Below are positions 1-9,700 of a stretch of DNA of 15,035 nt, piece by piece. Source of the stretch: an uncultured Gemmatimonadota bacterium (GTDB lineage Bacteria > SM23-81); the NCBI GenBank assembly GCA_964584035.1, contig CAZOYL010000055.1, positions 1-15,035 of the forward strand, in the 5' to 3' direction. Position 1 is the stretch's first letter. Each line of letters begins with the position of its first letter. Both the position numbers and the translations under genes were made by a program. The notes under the pieces are model-generated. The model was not told the origin of the DNA. It was given only the letters and a program-made list of their open reading frames with translations, and made no database searches.

Positions 1-1137
1 CTCCACGGCTCGGATCAGACCGGCGTTGCCCTCCTGGACCAGGTCCAAAAATTCAAGGCCCCGGTTGGTATACTTCTTGGCGATGCTGATGACCAGGCGG
101 ACGTTGGCCTCGATGATCTCCTGACGGGCATCGGCGCTGGCGGCCTGCCATTTCTGCAGATCGGTCAACTTCTCCATCATCTCCCCGGCAGAGGTCTGTG
201 TCTCCCGCTCGATGCGTCGGATCTTCCGCTGGGCGTTCTGGATCTGTCGGGACATATCCATCAGCAGGTCCGGTTTTTGACCCGTCGCTCGGGCCACCTT
301 TTTCCTGTCGCCGGGGTTCTTCTCCAGATGGCGAGCGTATTTATGTATTTCGGACACGGTCAGACGAGCCTTCTTGGCACAGCCTCTGATCTCCTGATCG
401 GTGGACTGAACCCGAAGGGCCAGGTTCTTAAAACCGTTGGCCAGGCGGCCGATGTATTCCGGATGCAGGTGCAGGCGCTCCATATCCAGATAGATGCTCC
501 GCTGCAGCTCATCCACTTTTTGCGGCGCAGGGTCCGGCTTTCGGGAACGGCGGCTTTTTCTTTTGGCCAGCAAGCGGTCGAGTTCCCTGTTTCGTTGCTC
601 GATCCTGCTCAGGATCTTGAGAATTTTTCTCTTTACCCACTCTATCTGAGCAGGCGGCATCCATTCCCCCACCTCCACAGGCAGAAATTCCTCCAGCCCG
701 ATCTTTCCTTCGGCCAGCTTCCGGCCCGTACAGAGGATTTCCTGAATGGAGAAGGCCGAGGTGAACAGCACCTTTCTCATCTGGTGATCCGCTTCCTTGA
801 TCCGCCGGGCGATCTTCACCTCCTGATCTCTATCGAGAAGGGGAACCCTGCCCAGCTCCTTCATGTAAACCCAGATGGGATCATCAAAACGTGTTTGCCT
901 GATGCGCGAGCTTCGTTTTCTCTTTTTGCCCTCCCGGGCGACCGGCTCGGCGCTCCCTTCCTCCAAACCGAGGAGCTTGACATTCAGATCGCGCAGCCGG
1001 CAGATGATCTCATCGACCTTATTTCCGAAATCCTTCTGTTCGGAAAGATCCCGGATTTGAGCATAGGTCAGATGGCCCTGCTGCCTGGCCAACCCTTTCA
1101 GGCGCTCGATATGTTTGCTCCATTCGTCTTGTTTCAT
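1..1137 (-). CDS. rpoD: RNA polymerase primary sigma factor (sigma70 group 1), 3'-truncated by window edge
   Basis: Hand-translated from ATG 1137 (GAAAGG upstream), open for 379 codons to the edge. Region 1.1-like GHLTYAQI, region 1.2 [29 protein letters not shown], long non-conserved region, region 2 [43 protein letters not shown]. Directly downstream of dnaG. Confidence 0.96.
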   Translation of the reverse strand, partial: MKQDEWSKHIERLKGLARQQGHLTYAQIRDLSEQKDFGNKVDEIICRLRDLNVKLLGLEEGSAEPVAREGKKRKRSSRIRQTRFDDPIWVYMKELGRVPLLDRDQEVKIARRIKEADHQMRKVLFTSAFSIQEILCTGRKLAEGKIGLEEFLPVEVGEWMPPAQIEWVKRKILKILSRIEQRNRELDRLLAKRKSRRSRKPDPAPQKVDELQRSIYLDMERLHLHPEYIGRLANGFKNLALRVQSTDQEIRGCAKKARLTVSEIHKYARHLEKNPGDRKKVARATGQKPDLLMDMSRQIQNAQRKIRRIERETQTSAGEMMEKLTDLQKWQAASADARQEIIEANVRLVISIAKKYTNRGLEFLDLVQEGNAGLIRAVE

Positions 1138-1166
1138 AAGCCTTTCACGTCAGCGACAGGGGCCGT

Positions 1167-2957
1167 TCAGGAGGTGGCGGCAGATGCGGAATGAAACCGT
1201 TTTTGGGCAATTTCCCTGATCTGTTGCGTTAAGCGGTCGATCCGGGCCTGATCCCTGGCCTGCTCCGCCTGATGCAATTGTTCGCGAAGGTCGCGCTCTT
1301 CACGCAACAGCCTATTGTCTTTTAGTTTACGAGCATAATCGCTCAGCAGACGCGTGGTTTCCCCCTCCCTGTCCATAAAACAGAGCTGCGAGACGAGAGG
1401 ATCTAAATCTAAGTCTGCCAATACACTTAAGAGATCCGCCGAGGTCTTCGGGATGTGCCGGTCCAGGGACAGAAGACGCTCCACGATCCGCCGATGGTCC
1501 GGATGAGCGAAGTCCTCGGGGAACATTTTTTTCTTCCAATCTTGAATCGTAAGAGGGTTCTGCAAAAGTAGTGCCAAAATCTCACGTTCCAGCAACTCTG
1601 CGTCCCCCTTGACCATTTCTCCGACGGTTACCTCAGCCGCCCGTTTTCCCCGAGGCCGGGGAGCTGCCCGGTCAACCGAGAGGGCCACCAGTTCCTCGTC
1701 CACTCTCAACCGCTCGGCGATCTCTCTGATATAGAGCCCCCGTTTGATGGGATCGGACACCATGGCGATGGACCGTCCCAACTCCTCGATCACCTCCGCC
1801 CGGGCGGGTACCGAGGGGCTGTCGTGGCGCTGCAGAAGATGGCGGAGTTTAAAATCGAGAAAGGTCTCGGCCCGGTCCAGTTCCGCGATGATATACTCCG
1901 CACCCTTCTGCCGAACGGCCTGATCCGGATCCATCCCCGACGGAAGCGAGAGAATGCGCACCGCCAGGCCGGCTTCCAGCAGGGTATCCGCCCCGCGCTC
2001 GGCCGCGGCCACTCCGGCGGTATCGGCATCATAGAGCACAATGGCCTCTTTGGCGTATCGGGTCAGCAGCCGGGCCTGCTGGTGAGTCAGAGCCGTACCC
2101 AGAGAGGCGACCACGTTTTCCACGCCGGCCTGCACCAGGCTGAGCAGATCGGTGTATCCCTCTACGATGACGGCCCGGCCGTTCTGACGGATGGACGCCG
2201 AGGCCTGCTGCAGCCCATAGAGGACCTTGCCCTTTTGATAGATGGGCGTCTCCGGGCTATTGATATACTTGACCTCATCGGTGTCCTCGAGCACCCTGCC
2301 GCCGAATCCGATGAACTTGCCGCTGAGGTTGGTGATGGGAAAGATGAGGCGGTCGCGGAAACGGTCGTAATAACCCTCTCCGTATTCCCTTTTGAGAACC
2401 AATCCGGCCCGGCTCAGGGTCTCGGGAGAGATTCCCCGGCGCCGCGCCCGGTTGATCAGGCCGTCCCACCCCGGGGGAGCATATCCCAATCGGAACAGCT
2501 CCACGATGCGGTCCGAAAAGCCCCTTTCGGCAAGGTAGCGACGGGCTTTCTCGGCATCCACGTTCTCCTGAAGCTGCTGGTAATAATGGGCGGCGGCCAG
2601 ATGATTGGCCATGTAAAGGGGCTCATACTGGGACTGGTCGCCGCCGCTTCGCTCACTGGCTGGAAGGGTGATGTTCGCTCGCTCGGCTAAAAACCGGACC
2701 GCATCCGGAAAGCTCATCTTCTGATATTCCATCAAAAACTTGAAGATATTGCCCCCCGCCCCACACCCGAAGCAGTGAAAGATCTGCCGCTGGGGGCTGA
2801 CCGAGAAGGAGGGCTTCTTCTCCTCGTGGAAGGGACACAGCCCGGCATAGTTCTTGCCCTGTTTCTTCAGGGGAACATACTCCGAGATCAATTCCACGAT
2901 ATCGTTGTGCTCCCTGATCTCTTCGATGATCTCGTCGGACAGCCGTGCCACGTTCAT
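1167..2957 (-). CDS. dnaG: DNA primase
   Basis: CHC2 zinc finger CPFHEEKKPSF...FHCFGC, FRDRLIFPI, KYINSPET, TOPRIM IVEGYTD and YDADTAG. The true start may be GTG 2951, which has better spacing to GAGG. Confidence 0.98.
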   Translation of the reverse strand: MNVARLSDEIIEEIREHNDIVELISEYVPLKKQGKNYAGLCPFHEEKKPSFSVSPQRQIFHCFGCGAGGNIFKFLMEYQKMSFPDAVRFLAERANITLPASERSGGDQSQYEPLYMANHLAAAHYYQQLQENVDAEKARRYLAERGFSDRIVELFRLGYAPPGWDGLINRARRRGISPETLSRAGLVLKREYGEGYYDRFRDRLIFPITNLSGKFIGFGGRVLEDTDEVKYINSPETPIYQKGKVLYGLQQASASIRQNGRAVIVEGYTDLLSLVQAGVENVVASLGTALTHQQARLLTRYAKEAIVLYDADTAGVAAAERGADTLLEAGLAVRILSLPSGMDPDQAVRQKGAEYIIAELDRAETFLDFKLRHLLQRHDSPSVPARAEVIEELGRSIAMVSDPIKRGLYIREIAERLRVDEELVALSVDRAAPRPRGKRAAEVTVGEMVKGDAELLEREILALLLQNPLTIQDWKKKMFPEDFAHPDHRRIVERLLSLDRHIPKTSADLLSVLADLDLDPLVSQLCFMDREGETTRLLSDYARKLKDNRLLREERDLREQLHQAEQARDQARIDRLTQQIREIAQKRFHSASAATS

Positions 2958-2963
2958 CCTCTC

Positions 2964-5330
2964 CTATTCCAGCTCCACCACCGTGACCCCATCTCCCCCC
3001 TCGTTCCAGGCGCCCAGGCGATATCCTTTGACGCCTGGAAAATCCTTCAGAAACTCACCCACCCGCTTGCGCAGGGCCCCGGTTCCCTTGCCGTGGATGA
3101 CCCACAGAGTGGTCAGGCCGGCCAGAAACGCCCGGTCCAAAAATTTTTCCAGTCTCTCCACGGCCTCATCGGCCGTCAATCCCCGCAGATCGACTTCCCC
3201 GCTGGCATCCTCAGTCAGAGTCCGGCCGACATCGATGCCGTGCCCCAGGGTGTTCCGTCCCGGGGCCGGTTCGGAGGGCGGGCGGAGATCGGCACCATCC
3301 AATTCCATGATCAGATTGCCCACCTGGACCTTATACCGAGCGCCTCGCCCCATCCTGGCGATCACCTCTCCTTCCGCCTGGAGGCTCTTCACCCATACCG
3401 GGTCGCCCCGGTTCAGTTTGACGGACGGCTCATCCGGCTCGGGGGCCAGCTCCTGTCGGCGCTCTTTCAATTGGGAGGCTTTCTCGTTCAGAGCCCGATG
3501 CGTCTCCTTGATCACCGCCCGGCTGGCCTGTTTCTCCCGGATCTGGGCCACCACCCTTTCCACCAGGGCATTGGCCTCAGCCAGGACCAGCTCCGAATCC
3601 CGATAGGCCCGCTCCCGGATGCGGTCTTCCTCCTGGCGAACGCTTAGGAGCCTGTGCTCGTATTCCTCCATGGTGCGTTTCAGCCGAGCCTCTTTGTCCC
3701 GGAGCTGGGCATTTTTCTTCTCGTACCAGATCACCCGGTCCTGCAGATCTTCGATGATCTCGCCGGTCTTCCTTCCCTTCGGTCCGATCAGGTCGGATGC
3801 CCGCTTCACCACCGTGTCCGGCATGCCCAGACGCTCGGCGATCTCCAGGGCGTAGCTGCTGCCGGGAAGACCCATGTGAAAATGGTAGGTGGGACGTAAC
3901 GTCCGCCGATCGAATTCTAAAGAAGCATTCTCCGTGTCGGATTGGTCGTGGGCGTAGGCCTTCAATGAGCCGAAGTGCGTGGTGGCCATGGTATGAGCCT
4001 GCCGGAGAGTCAGGGCATCCAGAATGGATACGGCCAGGGCAGCCCCCTCCTCGGGATCGGTGCCCGCACCGATCTCATCCAGCAATACCAGGGTGTTCCG
4101 GTCGGCCCGTGACAGTATTTTGACAATCTGCCGCAGATGAGAAGAAAAAGTGCTCAGCGATTGCTCCAGGGATTGTTCGTCCCCGATGTCGGCATAGATG
4201 TCCCCGTAAACGGGGAGCTCGCTGTCGGGATGAGCCGGAATCGGCAGGCCGGCTTGAAACATCAGGCTTAAAAGGCCCAATGTTTTCAATACCACCGTTT
4301 TACCGCCGGTATTGGGTCCCGTGATGAGCACCGTACGAATCCGTCCCCCCAGCTCCAGATCCAAGGGCACGACCTCCCCCTCCTCCCCGGCCAGCGATAT
4401 CAACAGGGGATGACGCGCCGTTCTGAGCCGCAGGACGCCGTCCGGGCTGATCCTCGGGACATCGGCGGGAAGCTTCAGGGCGAACCGGGCTTTGGCCTGA
4501 ATACAATCCAGCCGGCCCAGAATGCTCAGATTCGCATCGATCGTCCCGGAGACCTCGGCCACCGCGGCGGTCAACTCTCTCAAAATCCTGACCACCTCCC
4601 GCCGCTCCTCCAGCTCCACCTCCCTGAGCCTGTTTCCGAGTTCCAGAACAGCTGCCGGCTCTATGAACAGGGTCGTGCCGCTGGCGGAACGGTCATGGAC
4701 CACTCCAGGAACGCGGCTTCGATGACGGCTGGGCACCGGAATGACATACCGGCCGTCCCGCAGAGTGATGACCTCCTCGGAGCGGCTCTGCGCTGATGAC
4801 CGGGAGGACAAAAGGGACCGCAAGGTGGACAGGATACGATCCCTGACGGTCACCTGTTCCTGCCGCAGATGGCGCAGTTTCCGGCTGGCATCGTCCCGGA
4901 TCTGTCCCTTGGGATCGATCTTGCTGTCGATCTTCTGGCGCAGATCCTCCAGAACTTTGATCGTCCGGATGGACGCCTCCAGGTGCGGATAGACCCCGGC
5001 GTGATCCCCGGCGAAGGCGGCCAGATCCCGGCACAGCCGAAGAATATGGCTCAACTGCAGCAGCTCCTCGGGCTCCAGGATCGAGCCCTCCCCGAGACAC
5101 CGGGCCAATCCCGGACGGATATCCTCAAATCGTTCCAGGGGGAAATCTCCCCCTCCCCGGAGGAGATCGACCGCCTCGGTCACCTCCTGCAGGGCGAACG
5201 CGATCTGCTCCCCATCGGTCATCGGAGTGATGGTCAGGGCGTTCTCCTGCCCCAGAGGAGAGAGCGTCTTCTGGCTCACCAATTGTCGGATTTTATGGAA
5301 CTCTAGAACCTGGAGGGTATGTTGATCCAT
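2964..5330 (-). CDS. mutS2: MutS2 endonuclease / ribosome-collision ATPase with C-terminal Smr domain
   Basis: N-terminal LEFHKI, VHDRSASGTTLFIEP, Walker A GPNTGGKT, DIGDEQSLEQSLSTFSSH, Walker B LLDEIGAGTDP, coiled coil, KOW-like GDPVWVKSL, Smr VDLRG...IHGKGTGAL. Confidence 0.97.
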   Translation of the reverse strand: MDQHTLQVLEFHKIRQLVSQKTLSPLGQENALTITPMTDGEQIAFALQEVTEAVDLLRGGGDFPLERFEDIRPGLARCLGEGSILEPEELLQLSHILRLCRDLAAFAGDHAGVYPHLEASIRTIKVLEDLRQKIDSKIDPKGQIRDDASRKLRHLRQEQVTVRDRILSTLRSLLSSRSSAQSRSEEVITLRDGRYVIPVPSRHRSRVPGVVHDRSASGTTLFIEPAAVLELGNRLREVELEERREVVRILRELTAAVAEVSGTIDANLSILGRLDCIQAKARFALKLPADVPRISPDGVLRLRTARHPLLISLAGEEGEVVPLDLELGGRIRTVLITGPNTGGKTVVLKTLGLLSLMFQAGLPIPAHPDSELPVYGDIYADIGDEQSLEQSLSTFSSHLRQIVKILSRADRNTLVLLDEIGAGTDPEEGAALAVSILDALTLRQAHTMATTHFGSLKAYAHDQSDTENASLEFDRRTLRPTYHFHMGLPGSSYALEIAERLGMPDTVVKRASDLIGPKGRKTGEIIEDLQDRVIWYEKKNAQLRDKEARLKRTMEEYEHRLLSVRQEEDRIRERAYRDSELVLAEANALVERVVAQIREKQASRAVIKETHRALNEKASQLKERRQELAPEPDEPSVKLNRGDPVWVKSLQAEGEVIARMGRGARYKVQVGNLIMELDGADLRPPSEPAPGRNTLGHGIDVGRTLTEDASGEVDLRGLTADEAVERLEKFLDRAFLAGLTTLWVIHGKGTGALRKRVGEFLKDFPGVKGYRLGAWNEGGDGVTVVELE

Positions 5331-5390
5331 ACGTTCTGAGGTGGAACTCCAAAAGCCGGGGGGGAGGCTGAACTCTGCTCTTTGAAAAGA

Positions 5391-6044
5391 TTACCGGGTA
5401 TCCGGATCCGGCGTGGCCTCCGGTGACGTCGTGGTCTTCTCTTTGGATTTCGCGTCCTGAAGCTGATCGATGACCTGAGAGCTCCGCTTCAGAACCTCTT
5501 CGCGGCCCCGGGAGAGACCTTTCTCGACCGAGTCGCCCATCACATCGCCCAGCGACCTCATCTGGGGCACACCCTCTTGAACAAAACGATACAGAGAGGG
5601 CGCCACAGCTCTCAGGGGAGTGGCCGACCAGGAAACGTTCAGCTCCTGATACACCGCTTCCGGAAGCGTGAACAGGCCGAGGAAGATCAAAACCAGGCTG
5701 ATGATCAGGGCGCCTTTTATGACCCCGATGAAACTTCCTCCCAGCCGATCGAGAACATCCAGAGGGGTGGCCCTGACCACCTTAAAGAGGAGATTTCCCA
5801 GCGCTCTGATGAGGATAAAAACGAGGATAAAGATGAGGATAAAGGCGACCAGCGTGGCCAGTGAAGGAGGGAATTTCAACCTGTCGATCAAAACGTCGGA
5901 CCAGATGGGCGCGCCGGTGATGCCGACCAGAAAAGCGACGATGATGCCCGTCAGTCCGGTCACCTCGCGAATGAAACCCTTGCGCGCTCCGGCAATAAAG
6001 AAAAAGAGCAAGATGAGGGCGACCACGATATCGACCCAATTCAT
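5391..6044 (-). CDS. cvpA: CvpA (colicin V production) family membrane protein
   Basis: MNWVDIVV...GARKGFIREV, about four hydrophobic helices, LDRLGG..IG.IKG motif, upstream of mutS2; RBS GGAAGGGA. Confidence 0.9.
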   Translation of the reverse strand: MNWVDIVVALILLFFFIAGARKGFIREVTGLTGIIVAFLVGITGAPIWSDVLIDRLKFPPSLATLVAFILIFILVFILIRALGNLLFKVVRATPLDVLDRLGGSFIGVIKGALIISLVLIFLGLFTLPEAVYQELNVSWSATPLRAVAPSLYRFVQEGVPQMRSLGDVMGDSVEKGLSRGREEVLKRSSQVIDQLQDAKSKEKTTTSPEATPDPDTR

Positions 6045-6120
6045 GGTTCCCTTCCGATCCTATCGGTTCGATATCCTCTCTCTAGGTCCGATGTCGACCA
6101 GAGGATGTCCTGCGGAGCCC

Positions 6121-6579
6121 CTAAAGCTGCTGTAACTTCTCTCTGACCAGAGCGTTGACCCGTCTGCCCGGGGCCCGGCCGCGGACCTGAGACATGACCA
6201 TTTTCATCACCATCCCCAGATCGCCCGGCCCTTTCGCCCCCAGTTCGCGCAACGTTCGGTCGATGAGGACAGAGAGATCCGCCTCGGAGATCGGCTCAGG
6301 AAGATATTCCTTGATGACCTTGAGCTCCGCTTGCTCCTTTTCCACCAGATCCGGCCGCTGGCCCTGGATGAACTTCTCAATAGCCTCCTGCCGCATCTTG
6401 GCGGCCGTTGTCAGCGCCGCCAGCTCTTCTTCCCCGTTCAGTTCCCTGCCCTGCTCAATCATCGCATCCTTCAGTTGTGCGATCAGCAGGCGAATGACGC
6501 TCAGGCGCTCCTTCTTCCCGGCGCGCAGGGCATCCTTCATATCCCGGGTCAGTATCTCCAACAGCGATGAATCAGGCAT
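6121..6579 (-). CDS. yqeY: GatB/YqeY domain protein
   Basis: [20 protein letters not shown]...[33 protein letters not shown]...DLGMVMK; start overlaps the end of rpsU by 8 nt. Confidence 0.95.
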   Translation of the reverse strand: MPDSSLLEILTRDMKDALRAGKKERLSVIRLLIAQLKDAMIEQGRELNGEEELAALTTAAKMRQEAIEKFIQGQRPDLVEKEQAELKVIKEYLPEPISEADLSVLIDRTLRELGAKGPGDLGMVMKMVMSQVRGRAPGRRVNALVREKLQQL

Positions 6580-6766
6580 ATTTCAAAGCGTTCTTTCTGG
6601 CCTTTCTTCTGGCAGCTGCGATCTTTTTCTTTTTGCGCTCGCTGGGCTTCTCAAAATGCTGATGCTTCTTGATTTCGGATAAAATACCCGCTTTCTCGCA
6701 AGCTTTGTGAAACCTCCTCAGCGCTTTGTCAAACGGTTCCTTTTCCCGTACCCTGATGCCCGCCAT
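6572..6766 (-). CDS. rpsU: 30S ribosomal protein S21
   Basis: [45 protein letters not shown]; 64 aa, basic. Confidence 0.97.
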   Translation of the reverse strand: MAGIRVREKEPFDKALRRFHKACEKAGILSEIKKHQHFEKPSERKKKKIAAARRKARKNALKYA

Positions 6767-6843
6767 GCAAGTCTTAACCCCCTTTCACATAATGGAAGTA
6801 ACATCATGAGATCATACACCTCTATCATATCCGTAAACATTTA

Positions 6844-6872
6844 ATAATAACCATTTGTCTTGTCAATGTCAA
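6844..6872 (-). promoter_or_regulatory. sigma70 promoter for rpsU cluster
   Basis: Minus strand TTGACA (6872-6867), 17 nt, TATTAT (6849-6844). A second TTGACA follows in tandem (6866-6861). AT-rich context. Confidence 0.75.
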
Positions 6873-7654
6873 GGTTTTTCCGGCAGGTCCTCAAGACGGC
6901 GGACCCCCCTCTGGTCCAACTCACCCAGCTGGAACATAACCAATCCCAGAAACACGGCGGCCGCCGTTTCGGCTCGCAATCTCCTGGGCCCCAGGGTCAC
7001 CGTCCGGACACCGGACACTCTGGCCTGCCGAATCTCCTCTCCGGAGAAGCCCCCTTCCGGTCCCACCAGGATCAATATCCGCCGTCGCGAGGCCACCTCA
7101 CCCAGCACCCGGCCCAGCGGCAGGGCATCTTCCGACAGGGCCGCCATCAGCGAGACATCGAATCGTGAGATCTGTTCGAGGACCTCGGCGAAGGTCACCG
7201 GAGCTTCCACCTCCGGCAGATGCGTCCGCAGGGATTGCTTCATGGCGCCGATGGCGATCCTCTGCCAGCGGCCCAGTTTTCCGGCCGCAGATCCCCGGGC
7301 CGGGGAAATCAGGGTCCGTTCGGTGATCATCGGCCAAATGCCGTAAACGCCCAGCTCGGTCCCCTGTTGAATGATCTGTCCCAGCTTGGCGCCCTTCGGC
7401 AGGGCCTGCGCCAGAGTGACCTCGGCGATGGGTTCCCGCTGACGGCGGCGGCGGCGGACAATCCGCCCCTCGGCGCTGGTGGCGCCGATCCGATCCAATA
7501 CCACCACGAATTCATTATCCCTGCCGTCCACGGCGGTGATGACATCGCCGGAGACCAGACGCAGGACCGAGCGGATGTGCTTGGTCTCGTCAGCCCGAAA
7601 ATGGACCCGGTCATCCCGGACATCTTCTGGACGTATATAAAAATGTGTGGTCAT
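6869..7654 (-). CDS. rsmE: 16S rRNA m3U1498 methyltransferase
   Basis: HIRSVLRL, IQQGTELGV, AMKQS, ILVGPEGGFS, LGPRRLRAETAA (SPOUT motifs). Start reassigned to ATG 7654 (MTTHFYI), matching the usual family N-terminus. Confidence 0.96.
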   Translation of the reverse strand: MTTHFYIRPEDVRDDRVHFRADETKHIRSVLRLVSGDVITAVDGRDNEFVVVLDRIGATSAEGRIVRRRRRQREPIAEVTLAQALPKGAKLGQIIQQGTELGVYGIWPMITERTLISPARGSAAGKLGRWQRIAIGAMKQSLRTHLPEVEAPVTFAEVLEQISRFDVSLMAALSEDALPLGRVLGEVASRRRILILVGPEGGFSGEEIRQARVSGVRTVTLGPRRLRAETAAAVFLGLVMFQLGELDQRGVRRLEDLPEKP

Positions 7655-7655
7655 A

Positions 7656-7745
7656 TCAACTTTCCACATCTTGACTTCGAACCACGGCCTCAGCCAAGGT
7701 ATCGGCAACGGTCACTTCCAACCTGGTCCAGGCTACCGGTCCCAT
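7656..7745 (-). pseudogene. prmA: 29-codon remnant resembling the N-terminus of ribosomal protein L11 methyltransferase PrmA
   Basis: MGPVAWTRLEVTVADTLAEAVVRSQDVES* exactly fills the dnaJ-rsmE gap where prmA normally lies. W-x-x-L-x-V-x-V-x4-AEAV resembles PrmA N-termini. Confidence 0.6.
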
Positions 7746-7747
7746 GA

Positions 7748-8905
7748 TCACATCCCAAGCGCATCCTTGACCTTGCCCCAGAAATTTCGGCCCGGCCGGG
7801 GAGGACGAATGGCCTCCAGCTCGGCCAGCTGCCGGAACAAGCTGCGCGCCTCCTTGTTCAACTTGTCGGGCGTCCATACGATGACGACGATCAGCTGGTC
7901 TCCGCTGCCGTAGCTTCGCAGATGGGGGATGCCCTTTCCTTTCAACTGGAATATCTTCCCGGACTGCGTGCCGGCGGGAATGCGCAGCCTGGTCGAGCCA
8001 TCCAGGGTGGGCACCTCGATTTCATCTCCCAGGGCCGCCTGGCTGAAGCTGATGGGAATCTCACAGAGGATGTCATCTTCGCGACGCTGGAAGTATTCAT
8101 CCTCCTCCTCCACCAGGGAAACGATGACGTCGCCGGCTGGACCCTTCTGGGGACCGACATTGCCCTTGCCCCTGATGGGGATGTAATTGCCATCCCGAAC
8201 TCCCGGGGGGATCTTCACCGAGATGGTGGTGGATCCCCTGGACCGGCCTTCACCGCCACACTTGGAGCAGGGCTTGGTGATGATGCGGCCCCGGCCGCCG
8301 CAGGCGCTGCAGGTCGTCAGGTTGACGAACTGTCCAAAGAGCGAACGCCTTATCTGACGAACCTGGCCCGCCCCACCGCAGCTGGCGCACGTTTTGACCG
8401 CATCGTCATCATATGCGCCGGAGCCGTCGCAACCATCGCAGGTCTCCAACCGGTTCACCCGGATCTTTTTCTCCACGCCCGCGGCCATCTCGGCCAGCGA
8501 AAGTCTCAGAGTCACTTTGAGATCGGACCCGCGATGAAACACCTCCCGGCGGCCGCCTCGTTGAGATCCCCCGAACAGATCCCCAAAAATGCCTCCCCGG
8601 AAGAAACTTCCCAGAACATCCTCGAAATCCTGGAAATGGCTGAAATCGGACCATTGGAATCCACCGCCGCTGAAGGATCCACGCAATCCCTCATGTCCGA
8701 AGCGATCGTAGGCAGACTTTTTCTCCGGGTCGCTGAGCACCTCATAGGCCTCGGCGGCCTGCTTGAATTTCTCCTCGGCTGCCGCGTCTCCCGGATTTCT
8801 ATCGGGATGAAACTTGAGGGCCAGCTTCCGGTAAGCCCGCTTGATCTGATCCGCAGAGGCGTCCCGATCCACGCCCAGCGTTTGGTAATAATCTGTTCCG
8901 TTCAT
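7748..8905 (-). CDS. dnaJ: Chaperone DnaJ (class A)
   Basis: J domain DYYQTLGV...[12 protein letters not shown] region, four CxxCxGxG repeats ([32 protein letters not shown]), C-terminal substrate-binding domain. Confidence 0.99.
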   Translation of the reverse strand: MNGTDYYQTLGVDRDASADQIKRAYRKLALKFHPDRNPGDAAAEEKFKQAAEAYEVLSDPEKKSAYDRFGHEGLRGSFSGGGFQWSDFSHFQDFEDVLGSFFRGGIFGDLFGGSQRGGRREVFHRGSDLKVTLRLSLAEMAAGVEKKIRVNRLETCDGCDGSGAYDDDAVKTCASCGGAGQVRQIRRSLFGQFVNLTTCSACGGRGRIITKPCSKCGGEGRSRGSTTISVKIPPGVRDGNYIPIRGKGNVGPQKGPAGDVIVSLVEEEDEYFQRREDDILCEIPISFSQAALGDEIEVPTLDGSTRLRIPAGTQSGKIFQLKGKGIPHLRSYGSGDQLIVVIVWTPDKLNKEARSLFRQLAELEAIRPPRPGRNFWGKVKDALGM

Positions 8906-8929
8906 TTGAGTCGCCAGGATTTCCGGTTG

Positions 8930-8977
8930 AAAAACGACGGGCCGAGAGAATGCTTCGGAGCCCCTATCTCTCAGCCC
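8930..8977 (-). terminator. Stem-loop with short U tract between grpE and dnaJ (possible attenuator)
   Basis: mRNA GGGCUGAGAGA (8977-8967) pairs with UCUCUCGGCCC (8949-8939) over 11 bp with one U-G pair, inner GCU-CCGA-AGC, followed by GUCGUUUUU. Confidence 0.45.
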
Positions 8978-9007
8978 AGGTGAATGCTCTCGTTGAATCT
9001 GCCGCTT

Positions 9008-9691
9008 TCACTCCGCGGCCCGCTGATCTTGTTTCTTATCCTTGTTCCCCATCCCGCTGCTTTTCGCCGGGACCTTTTTCCCGTTCCGCTCTTTGATCAT
9101 CTCCCGGTCCCCGGGGGCCCGCGAGACGATCACACGGGGCGCTCGCAATAGCCTGTCCTTCAATAGATAACCTGGCTGTACCTGGCCGACAACGGTGTCC
9201 GGGGGATGCTCAGCATCATCGACCTGCATGACCGCCTCATGGTGGTGGGGATCGAAAGGCCGGCCCACCGCCTCAATGGGCTGCAGACCTTCCCGGGTCA
9301 GGAGCTCGTTCAAATGGGTATAGATCAGCTCGATCCCCTTGTGAAAGGCATCAAAATCTTTGGCGCTATGGGCCGAAACGAGAGCCCGCTGGAAATTGTC
9401 CAGGACGTCGATAAGCTGGAGAATGAGCTCTCTGTTGGCGGTCTCCACCACCTGTTGGAACTCTCTGGTGGTTCGTTTCCTGTAATTGTCAAACTCGGCC
9501 GTCAGCCGGAGCAGCCGGTCTTCCAGCTGTTCCTTCCGCCCCTGCAGCTCCTGATGGCGTTGTTCCAGTTCCCCGATGTGGGCTTCAAGCTCGGCAAGCC
9601 TTTTTTCGACCCCGGATTTCTTTCCCGGGGATTTCTTTTTTTCCTTCCCGTCCTGTTTTTCTTTGACCGCCGTCGTCTTCGACTTCCTCAT
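9008..9691 (-). CDS. grpE: Nucleotide exchange factor GrpE
   Basis: LLRLTAEFDNYRKRT, LIDVLDNFQRAL, FDPHHHEAV, QPGYLLKDRLLRAPRVIVS; downstream of hrcA. Confidence 0.98.
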   Translation of the reverse strand: MRKSKTTAVKEKQDGKEKKKSPGKKSGVEKRLAELEAHIGELEQRHQELQGRKEQLEDRLLRLTAEFDNYRKRTTREFQQVVETANRELILQLIDVLDNFQRALVSAHSAKDFDAFHKGIELIYTHLNELLTREGLQPIEAVGRPFDPHHHEAVMQVDDAEHPPDTVVGQVQPGYLLKDRLLRAPRVIVSRAPGDREMIKERNGKKVPAKSSGMGNKDKKQDQRAAE

Positions 9692-9700
9692 GGACGCACC

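Noticed and set aside
5331..5390. G-run and short AGCC/GGCT hairpin before mutS2 as a phase-variation tract or terminator
   Set aside because: The tract is short and intergenic with no adjacent promoter elements, and the stem is only 4 bp.
6070..6109. Bulged stem-loop between yqeY and cvpA
   Set aside because: It has a C-A mismatch and a 5-nt bulge on the mRNA strand, no U tract and no recognisable RNA family; not enough to call a terminator or ncRNA.
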